Shown: positions 38,121-48,627 of the stretch, piece after piece | Layout of the letters: every line of letters starts with the position of its first letter | How positions within the stretch are numbered: the stretch's first letter is position 1 | NCBI GenBank assembly: GCA_964199315.1 | Contig: OZ116710.1 | Span: 23,560,001 to 23,624,000 of the forward strand | DNA length: 64,000 nt | Source: Orbicella franksi | Taxonomy: Eukaryota | Direction of reading: 5' to 3' | Notes under the pieces: model-generated | The model's input: the letters and a program-made list of their open reading frames with translations, nothing else | Told to the model about the DNA's origin: nothing | The model's database searches: none | Position numbers and translations under genes: made by a program

Positions 38121-38516
38121 ATGGCGGACGAATTGATACTTATGCGGTAGTTTGTTCCCATAATCCTGAAGCGTTTAAAGGCTGTTTCTTTCAAAGCTAC
38201 TTTCCTTGACAGAAGGGGTTCAAGAAGGCAAGCTACTTCTTTGTCCTTAGGCCGTCAGAGTAGTGGAGGAGCGTTTACTACTCATGAAAATCGCCGAATA
38301 CAGCAAGAGGTAAAGTGGACTAAGATCAGAGATCGTCTTGGTTATGTTGCCATTAAGAAATCTTCCCTTCCAACTGGGGCAGTTTGTATTTGGTGCCTGG
38401 AAACTTCAACTGCAATAAGATACCGTTACTGTGGGCCTCAAACGTTTTTGTGTTCCGAATGCGCTGGGAAACTTCATTCCAGTATCACCACATACCATGT
38501 TTTAGAGTTGTAGAAG
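38121..38516 (+). pseudogene. 5' fragment (exons 1-2) of a second, diverged KDZ transposase gene
   Basis: Exon 1 38121-38146 (MADELILM-R, in an AACATGGCGG context) and exon 2 38213-38516 with W..R and CIWC..IRYRYCGP..LCSEC..H....HVLEL*K. Same Cys cluster and intron phases as the 14023 gene. It has a premature TAG and one Cys->Tyr change; no later exons found. Confidence 0.75.
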
Positions 38517-39569
38517 GTACAGCAATGACCCGATTATCACTTTATTTAAAAAAAATTAACTCACTTTACTTAAATGTACATGTATACGTACATGTAGTTG
38601 TTGCAAAGTATTAGCTCTAATATATAAGCTTACACCGTGTGTAAAACATGTGCATGCTGTGAAGTAAATTACACTTTATCCAAGAACAATCACACAGAAA
38701 TTAATCTTAACCCCACCTAGTTCAGAAGTAAACTTATCTGAAAGCACTATTAATTCAAACTTCAGTCTGCCATCTGCTAATGACTGGCACCGATGTAGCA
38801 GGATACATCCTGCTACATTGTGATAGTTTACATGTAAGCTGGTTTAAGGCCGTTGATGGTACATGTTAGCCAATGCTATAAAACTAACAAATTGTACTAG
38901 TGTACTAATTATAACTAGAAACAACCAGAAACAACAGATCAGTTATAATTGCTAGCGCTATATTTTTTGCGTTGCCACTATAACTTTTGAATGTTTCATC
39001 ATAATCTATATACCCTTGTTTAATCATATGTATTTTTATTTAGCCTAGTATATTACTTACTTCCGATATAGTTGTATGCACTTAGGAGCCTGCCTGATTT
39101 CTTGCTAGGTTAGTGAGGTGCCCCAAATTACAGTTGAGCTCAGATATATGCGAACTACGCATATGCATATTATACGAGCATATTTTGCGTATACATGTAT
39201 GTCAATATGCACACATACAATGTATGTGCGTATATATACGCACATATGCATGTGTATACGCGCATATATGTCTCTTTGTTATGCATTCCCATAGGTTTCT
39301 TTATGTGAAGCATTGTTAGTCAAACAAAGGACATTATATTTCTGGGAATGAAAATGCTTCAAAGCGAAATTTGCCTATTGTTAAAACATCGTGCCGATCA
39401 ATGAAAGCTATTATATTTTGAGTTTGCGATCACTTCGCAAATTCGCCGACAAACTACCGTTTATTAACACTTGCTTGATCTTTAGCTACCAAAAATGGGA
39501 AGAAAATTGAAACAGTCTCTTGAACTCCCTATTTTAACACGTGAACTCTATGTTTTTACATGTAAAGAT

Positions 39570-40400
39570 CTGTGTTTCGGCACATGTCGGCAAGTCGTTT
39601 GCAAAATGCTTATTTGTCTCAATTAAGCATTCTGAAGATCCTAGTCGAAAAAATGAAATCTCTCGGTTATATTTGACACAGATCATTCATTCAAATGGTA
39701 AAATACTCTTTCCTTGACGAAAAAATTGTTTATCAAAAATTTCTATGGTGAGCTGCTCACGTTTAGTTATTGTTTCTTCAAGAAAAAGTTCTGTGTTTCG
39801 ACATGTGTTGGCAAGTCATTTGCAAAATGTTTATTGTCTGAACCGTTCTGAGGATCCTCTTTGAAAAAATGATATCTCTAGTTTTATTTGACACAAATGG
39901 TTCATTTAAACTGTGAAATAATCCTTCTTTAGCCAAAGAATTGTTTACCAAAGTTGCTATGGTGGGCTGCTCACGTCTAGTTATTTTTTCTTCAAGGAAA
40001 AGTTCTGTGTTTTGGCATGCGTTGGCAAGTTGCTTGCGAGATGTTTACTGTTTGAAGGCTACTTTGAAGCATTCCGAAGACCTTGTGGAAAAATGATATC
40101 TCCCGTTATACATGTGCATGTATCTGACACAAACCATTCATTCAAATGGTAAAATACTCTTTCCCTGATGAAAGAATTGTTTATCGAAGTTTCTACGATG
40201 CGCTGCTCACATTTTGTTATTTTTAATTTTCTTCAAGGAAAAGTTGTGTTTTTCAGCACGCGTTTCCAAGTTGCTTGCTTGGACCGTGTTTACTTTGTGT
40301 CAAAAAAATGTTATCTTTCGGTTGTGTTTGCTCCATGAAGATGAAATTGTTGAAGCGTGTATCCCTAGTTCTATTTGACAAAAAAACAGTAAATTTATGA
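39570..40400. repeat. About 220-240-bp tandem repeat, about 3.5 copies
   Basis: tgtgttt..cac.tgt.ggcaagt..tttgcaaaatg and ttcttcaag.aaaagtt recur at about 39570, 39790, 40005 and 40245. Confidence 0.8.
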
Positions 40401-40719
40401 TTTAACGGCAAAATACTCTCTCTTTTAATTAATATTCAGTCAGTTAATTTTGTGTCAAGTGCCTAATTGCAAGATGTTAGTTTCAGCTTACATTTTGCTA
40501 ATAAGTCGTCTGAAGGCATACGCGCATATACTGTATACATGTATTCAAAATAAAGAAAACTCTTTCTTGCTCTGGGGCAAGCTGTCAAGCCATTGAAAAC
40601 AACAATTACCTGTTAAGAAAAGAAAAAAACAATAGGTTAGCTCATACATACATGTACTAATCAGGCATATGCGTATATACTGTATATGTTTATATGCATA
40701 CGCGTATGTGCGTATACAT

Positions 40720-42290
40720 TTGTCTTAAGCACAATAATTCGTTTTTTGAAGATGACAACTTTCTTCAGATTCATGGTACGGCTATGGGTCCCAAAAACGC
40801 ATGCAGTTATGCTGATCTAGCCATAGGAATTATTGATAAGAAAGCCAAATCAGGGGAAATTAAACCCAACCTGTGGTGGAGGTATAGGGATGACATTTTT
40901 GATCTTTGGACCCAAGGGCCTGCTAAACTCGATGAGTTTACGCATTATATTAATTCTTTGTACCCCACCATTAAATTTACTCTAGTTTCTTCTCCCAATT
41001 CACTTAACATACTAGATCTTACTCTCAATCTGGTGGACGGTTTCATCCAGACTGATATCTACTCCAAACCTATGGATAACCATATTTACTTGCTACGGAA
41101 TAGCGCACACCCTGCCCATGTTACCAGGGCCATTCCCTATGGAGTAGCTACCAGGATCCAAAGGAATTGTTCTACTGATGAGGCATTTAGTAAACGCTCT
41201 TCTGAGTATAAGGGTTATCTATATAACCGGGGTTATAACCCTAATTTGGTTTCACAACAGTTTGAGAAAGCCCAGTCTATTCCTAGACAAACATTACTTC
41301 AACCCCAGCCTAAGAAGTCCAAACAAATTTTTCCGCTTGTGCTTGATTTCAACCCTCGCTTACCCAGTATTGGTAGAATTATTAGGAAATACAAGCGCCT
41401 TATTTATGATTCACCATCTCTTAAAAAGATTTTTCCGGTAGGGTCCATCATTCCTGCTTTTCGTAGAACTAAAAACATCAAAGAAATCTTGAGCAGTAAG
41501 CCTCGTGAGCAACATCGCACGCCCAATAATCAGCGGAGTTGCTTTAAATGCACAGCCAAATGTGATCTATGTCACAATTATTTAAAGGAATCTAATTGCT
41601 TTACTAGCACTAGTACTAGCAGGACGTATCCTATTACGCAGATTCTTAATTGTATATCTAAAAATGTCATCTACTTGGTTACGTGCAAGAAATGCAATGT
41701 GCAATATGTTGGTTCCACAAGTAACAAATTTAAAATTCGTTTCCGCAACCACAAGTCTTCTATGATCACCAAAAAACGTACTTGTGAAGTTGCTATTTAT
41801 TTTAACAAAGAGCCTCATGCTCCGGCAGATTTTGAATTTTGAATTATTGAACAGCTGTGTAATCTTAGTGTCAATAATAATAGTCTTGATGACCGTAATT
41901 GCTCACAAGAGAGGCCTTTTGGTGTGCTCAATTATGCACCCTCACACCTCATGGACTCAACAGAAGGTGTTAGTTTAATTCCAGGAATAGGATTCGCTAC
42001 AATTAACACCACCTTGCTGCTGTAAATTTTACTTGATTTTATTTGCTTTTTAGCGGGCATTTTGCTATTTTTATTATTACGTAATTCTTATGTAATCTTA
42101 TGTGAAAAAATTTTCTATTTCTTTGTTCCCTTTGTAAGTTATTGTTTTGTAACTTATTTAAGGCTTTTTCACTTTTTGTAAATTTTATTCCGAGTATTGA
42201 TATTCTTAGTGTTGAAGAAGCCCGAAACGTCCACTTGAATTAAAGACCTCCTACGAGAAAAGTTCGCATCTTCTTCTGTTTATTCAACCT
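40720..42290 (+). mobile_element. 5'-truncated Penelope-like retroelement (RT + GIY-YIG endonuclease), decayed at the C-terminus
   Basis: ORF 40694..41842: QIHGTAMG, WWRYRDDIF, LNILDL, TDIYSKP.D.H.YL, then CDLC and NVIYLVTCKKCNVQYVGST..RFRNHKS. A stop and frameshift follow 41840; the frame-shifted tail reads REAFWCAQLCTLTPHGLN. Confidence 0.92.
42208..42235 (+). ncRNA. Degenerate minimal hammerhead ribozyme motif in the Penelope 3' repeat
   Basis: agtg-ttgaaga-agccc-gaaac-gtc-cact: stem I, a UGAAGA core, GAAA and a GUC site. Stem II is collapsed. Confidence 0.4.
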
Positions 42291-42489
42291 ATAATTATAA
42301 GTTTTGTTATTAGTATGTTAAAGTTGCATAACTGCAACATGGATAATTATTTACCAGTTTATCAATTACACGATTTTGCATGTAGGTAACCATCATTCCA
42401 AGAGAATTGCATTCTCAGTTTCAGGTGTAGTGCATCAAGTATTTTGTACTTGTAATGGATTGTTTCTTTTTGAAATGTACGTTCCAGGG

Positions 42490-45261
42490 TTTTTTCAAGA
42501 ATAGCAGTTATTCCTATCAGTAAAGTTGGTGGGAAACAAAGGTTGGAACACTGCCTTAGTTTAAAAGCTGAATCACAGACATTCCTTGAAAGGACATTTC
42601 TCAGTGTAGGGACACTGATAGAGCTGGGATCCTCCTTTGCAACAATGAGAGAAGATGACCTTTTTAAAGAGATGTATGTAACATCATGGGAGAAACAAGA
42701 CTGGATATGAGGAGCCAAATGAATTATGCTCTTGTTTTGTTTGCAACTGGAAAGGTAAGTATATAGGCAGGTAATGCAACAAAATTCTGACAATCTTGAT
42801 TTTTTTTGCGGTTCTCTGAAAATACTTTAGAGAATCAGTAAGAGAAATTTCCTTTTTTTTTTCAGAGTTTGATCTGTACTCCAATTTTCAATTTAGTTGA
42901 ACCTAAGGAGTAGAGTTTATTGTCTGTGTTATGAAAATGTCAGTAATATTATAGAAGTGGAAGTTATTTGAATTCTGGTTTCCATGGGGCAAAGTATGTG
43001 AATCCATACCATACTTTTAAAAATATGTGATATTTATGAATGTGGGTCTTATAAAAGTTGTGAAATTAAATTAACAAATTGACACTGGTTTTTTAAGTAT
43101 CTGTCCTCTTATTGATGGTAAATTGCATCATAAAGTTTATTGTCAAAGTACCCTGCAGATCCACTTGCCTTCATACAACTTTGACAATGTAATATTTATG
43201 ACCAAATTTATCATCAATAAAAACACACAGATGCATAAAAATCTACTTGCTGTGTTTTTTATTTTCATTACAGTGAAACCTGTATTAGGCGGATACCCTG
43301 CTAGTGATTGCTAGGTAGACACCCTTACTTGTGTCGGCTTAACACAGGCTGTCCGCTCAAAACAGGTTCCAGTATGTTGTGCAATAAAAGTCAATTATTA
43401 ACCGTTTTGTAACACAGCTTAGCACGTAAGATCAAAGACTAGCTAAGACTGCTCATAGCACAATGTCCAGTCGATCACTACATCAATCTGGAATAATCAC
43501 TCAGCTTTAAAACGATATTGCTTAACAATGTACAGGAGTCTCAGCTGAAACTTTAGAAGTAAAATGAGCCCTTTAAGTGTCCGCTTATTGCAGGTTTTGT
43601 GCAACAAAATGTCTTAATATTGGTGTGTGCATCTGTTTAATAGAGGTGTCTGCTGAATGCCGGTTGATTTTTAATTACTGTAAATGTGGGGAAAAAATTT
43701 TGGGACTTATTAAAGCTGGTGTCGACTTAAAAGAGGGTGTCCGCTTAATATGGGGTCTGCCTAATACAGGTTTCACTGTTAACAAAATCCAAAATTGTCA
43801 AATGGAGGCTTCACTAGAGGAAAACACTGGTTAAAAGTTAAATTGGATTGAGCCAAAATGATCCATAGAATCACGGTCTTTATTCATTGGGAAATTCCTG
43901 AAAACATACCGAATTATTCCCAAGTTTAGTTTATTTTCATGAAATACTCGAACACAGCAAAAAAAGGCTTCTACTGTATTGCGGTAAATTTTCATGCCAA
44001 AACTACAATAATTTACACTATCTTTTTCACTTAACAGTTGAATTCATTATATTTGCAAGCTGATCTTCAGGCTAACTGTCTGTAGAGATTGCTGGTGTTT
44101 TTTCTCTTAAAATAAAGAAATCCTGTTTAGATGCAATTTTTGGCTATATTGAGAAAAGAAAATCATATGCTAAATGTTGTTGAAACTGTTCACGATGATG
44201 TCAGCTGTGAGTCTGTACTCCTATTGATGATACAAATACACGTAAGCCAGTGATCGTATGAGAAATTAGGCAGTCATTATAAACAATTAAATGTACTTGT
44301 AAAATTGAATCTCTCTATAACCACTGACAACAGATGAAGATGGGCTACAAACACAAGACTATATATTTGTGATTGTGACTTGATCTGTGTACAGACAGTT
44401 TTGTTGAACAGACATACATTGCTATGGAGATTAAGAATGAGATCGATGGTAGCAATATAGAATGAAATTTATGAAACCTGGGTTTCAAAACTCCCTAGAC
44501 TGTTAGCTGGGAAACAGTTATATGTTACAGATGTGGTCATGGTATTTAAGAATTGAGTCATAGAGGGTTATTCATTAACAGCAAGAAAATAAAAAAATAT
44601 TACAACATGTACTTTTGGCAAATTATTTGTAATAGCTTTACCTTAGACTGACATCAATAAAATACCACAAGGGAGCTTAATTTTGAAATTTGTTTCTTTG
44701 TAGATATTAGAGAAACTCCAAATGAAAGAAGCCTATCTTAATATAGTAGAGAGCCTCTTCTCTGAGAAAGTAGTGCCCAGGCACATACAGCTTCTTGATC
44801 AAGATGAAGGGAGGGCAGACAGTGCTGTTGATTATAATGAGGAGGAAGTGGCAGAGATGATGGCAGTGGTCAACAGGATTGTTCAAAGCTGTTTCGTTGA
44901 TCCTGAAAAGGTCTTGCTTAATTTCGTTTTGGTTTATTATATACTTCTGGATAACATGTGAAATACAATAACTTATAATTTGCTTGAGTGAAAAATAATG
45001 TACAAATGACACAATCCTGAGTTACATGTAAGTCAGGCTGCAGGAATTAATCACACATACATGTAAGACACATTGCTCATTATACAACCAATCTTATTTT
45101 GGCTATGTAATTGTATTTTCTTTTTCAGACAAAGCATTTCTTTATCCCAAAAACATCTTTAACCAAATGTAAGTGTGGCAATGTCTTGGGATTTAAATTA
45201 GATGAGGCACTTGTTTTCACTGGTGAAAAGGGAAAAGAACAGGCCCTGAAGAGACTTATAA
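42490..45261 (+). pseudogene. Exons of an unidentified spliced gene, partly disrupted
   Basis: Clean phase-compatible exons 44704-44910 (ILEKLQMKEAY...FVDPEK) and 45129-45261 (TKHFFIPK..KCKCGNVLGF...KRLI). Upstream exon-like blocks at ~42490-42753 and ~44130-44241 each need a frameshift. No family recognised. Confidence 0.45.
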
Positions 45262-45389
45262 GTAAGACGGGAAGAGGATGTGTGGGATGACTGACTTTGC
45301 CAGGAAGAGGGCAGTTGTCAGGATTGGTTAGAAATCGTGTTCCTATAACTTGATAGAAACACATAACTAGCACGAGCCATTGACATAAT

Positions 45390-45660
45390 GATGGTGCTAG
45401 CAAAAAGAATTTACATTTTGATAATCAAAGTTAACAAGTTGTTTTCCTTTTTTTCGTCACAGTGTTGTCTAAAAGAAATAGAAAACATGTTCTCTGTGTT
45501 TCTATCGAGTTATAGAAACACTGGTGAACGATTGGGAGACCTCGAAAAAGCTGTGGAAACACTCACCTGCAGCTTGTGTTCTCACAGCATTCCTTGTTCT
45601 CCCAAACTTCCACTCTTGTTTCTGTAACTCGATAGAAACACGGTGCATGTTTTCTAATTC
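45390..45660. repeat. Dispersed MITE-like repeat (second copy ~59650-59990)
   Basis: Both loci contain aaagaaatagaaaacatgtt and gtgtttctatc.agtta.agaaacac, in opposite orientations. Confidence 0.6.
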
Positions 45661-45717
45661 TTAGATATTTCAGGTTTGAATGGCAAGTTAAAGTCATTTT
45701 TTTGTTGACTGTTGCTA

Positions 45718-45865
45718 TGGGAGGAGCAGTGGTCAGTGGTCAGTGGTTAGAGTACTGGATTTTGGATTGTTCTAGGTCTAGTGGTCTAGTGTACTTGTCA
45801 ATGTGTATGTTTCTTGGTAAAAACTCCAGCAGTGCCTCTTTTCACCCAGAGCTCAGTACTGGAAG
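45718..45865 (+). mobile_element. Degenerate 5' part of the tRNA-derived SINE
   Basis: ggcagtggt...agtggttagagtactgga head and cagtgcctcttttcacccag body motif. Confidence 0.5.
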
Positions 45866-46906
45866 AATTGTTATCCATTGTGATTCATTGGTTTCGACTA
45901 AACAAACTGTGTTTGTAACCCACTCACTACCATTGCCGCCCTTACCACCTCTACCACCCCCACCACCCCTGTCAACCCCGTTATCCTCACCACCCTTGCC
46001 TCCCTTGCCACCCCGTCATGCCCGTTCCCCTCACCAGCCCCTCCACCCTTGCTACTCTGGCAACTCTGGCAACTCTGGCCAGCCTCACCACCCTTACCAC
46101 CCTGGCCACCATGGCTACTCTGACCACCCTGCCCACTGTGGCTGTTTTGGCAGCACGAAGGAAAATGTTATCTCTGCTTCACTCGAGAGGTTCATTATGT
46201 TAATTTTTTGTTCCTGCATGAATTAAAATTCTACTGTTAGCTCCTGTAGTTCATCTGCAGCTGTAGTATATTTGTGACATACGTGAATAAATCAAATGCT
46301 CAATTATTCAACCTGTGTTTGTTTGTGTTAGATATTTGTTTTTCACTTTTAGGTTGAACGTATGTGTACATGTATGTACAGTGATAATGATGTGGTTTAA
46401 ATTTATCTTTGGCATAAAAGTTTTTAAACCAGGTTGATTTCATAATTATAATTGATAAATGAAATTGAAATGGTTGGAAAAATGTGAACAAACATAAATT
46501 CTAACTGCCAGCATGTACATGAACATGTGATACTAAAGTCAATTGATGCAATTTCTCATATAATCCTTTTATTTGTCAGCAGTGTTCATTATAATTCGTG
46601 ATTTCTTTCCACTAAAATGTCAAAATGGTTAGTGAAAGCCCAAAATCTACTAGCCAAAACTGCAGTTTTGGTAGCCTGTCCCTTTTTGGCTAGCATTACT
46701 CTCCAGCCCTGGTCAGTATTGTCATGTATTGAAATTAATAAACTTGATCAAATTAATCTCTGAACTTTCTGTAATGAAAAAAAATTACTAAAATTCAAAC
46801 CAACAGGCTAGAAAAAAAGTTTCAAAGTCTATAAAGTTCTGGCAGAGCTTTCTTGAGGTTTTTTTTTTTTTCAGAACTTTATTCTGACCACTATTTCATC
46901 ATGCAG

Positions 46907-48296
46907 GCAAGAGAGAATGTTATAGAAGACCTGGTAGTTATTGGAAAAGATGATTCTGTGCTGGCAGGATTTTCAGCAATTATAAATGCCTGTGATGATG
47001 GTAAACACAAGAGCGTGCAGTTTTGAATAATCTTTTCTCTCTTTTCTTATCTCTCCATTCATTCATTCATTCATTCATTCATTCATTCATTCATTCATTC
47101 ATTCATTCATTCTCTTTAATTTTGCAGATGACAAAGCTTTGAGGAAGCATTTTTTTGTCTTAAGATTCAGTCTAGCAAGACAGCTACTAGTGCTGTTTGT
47201 GATATTGTGTTAATAACCAGAACAAAAGGAGAACAAACGCCTCCTGGATACCACCTAATTGTGTAAGTTCATGTAACATGTACATGTAGAGGGAAATTGT
47301 TGTTTGCAATATTTCTCTCACAAGTGTGAGTGCTTACTTTTCTATGAACTCAAAATGTTATGTACATGTATTGTACACATGTACATGTATGTGCTCACAA
47401 ATGCTTTCGCTATCCAGAAATTATCCTTTAAAATAACCAATAACCAATAAAATAACCAATAATTATACAATCATGTGTGGCATGTTCTTGTAGCCAATAA
47501 ATGCACACTCTGATTGGCTAAGTTTAGGGCATTCTTCTCCTGTAAGGCCCATGGGTTGATTGCGGGCTTGCAAAAACGAAGCAAATAGCTATATAATAAA
47601 CAACTTATTAACCTCAAACATTCGGTGCGGGGGGGTACTCCCAGAAAAATTGGGAGGGGGTGTGCAACCCACTTCCCAAAACCCTTACCCTATTTACTGT
47701 ATGACCAAAATCTGCAATATTCCCTACCCTATTTATGACCTGACCAAAAATTTGAAACCCTATTTATGACCTGACCCTTAAATCAAAACCGTGTTTCAGA
47801 CTTGCATTATAATTAGTTCCCTAGTTCAGACCAAGGCTAAATTACTGAAAACATAATTTGTGAAGGGTTTTTGTTGATTTTTTGATAATGATGAAAAACT
47901 GGCTTTTTCTTAAAAACATACCCATATGAAGGCTAGAGTGCAAAAACCATACCCTATTTATGACTAAAATGGCCAAAATCAGCTAAAATCGATACCCTAT
48001 TGATGACCAAAGCAGCTGAAAAACCATACCCTTTGGAGCCGCACATACCTATATAGCCCATACAAGGGAGTACCCCCCTCCCCCGGGCATTCAGTCTTTA
48101 TGGGAAAAACTCAAACTGAGGTCTCAGTCTGAGAGTTTCCTGTAAAGACCTCATTCTTGGTTAATAAATAGTTAATACTTGTTTCAATATTGAATCATCT
48201 GCTTTTCAAATAAGTGTTGGAAATTGTCTGCAGTAGTGGGTTGTAATCCCGGGGGGGTACTTTGGGAATTTCTGGTGGGGGTGTGCCGCTGGGACC

Positions 48297-48327
<31 letters not shown>

Positions 48328-48451
48328 CAGCTGAATTTTGCTATCCTATACTAGAGTAAACTCCCCAGATCCCCCCCATCTATCAACACTGTGCAGGCTG
48401 ATTTGCGTAAATTTAAACTTGCCGATTTGATTTTTTGATATTTTTGAGTGA

Positions 48452-48488
<37 letters not shown>

Positions 48489-48596
48489 CCAACTAGTCAG
48501 TTTTGTGAAAAATTATACCCTATTCTAGACCCAAACGCTCTAATTTATATACCCTATCCTAGAGTAAACTGCTTGAAAACCACACCCTTCACAGCG

Positions 48597-48627
<31 letters not shown>

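Noticed and set aside
38793-38818. Perfect 12-bp hairpins (also 63781-63811)
   Set aside because: Isolated, with no associated feature. Probably tiny MITE relics.
45702-46226. 174-aa Pro/His-rich ORF
   Set aside because: Spans a SINE remnant and a ccacc-rich low-complexity tract, with no convincing splice context.
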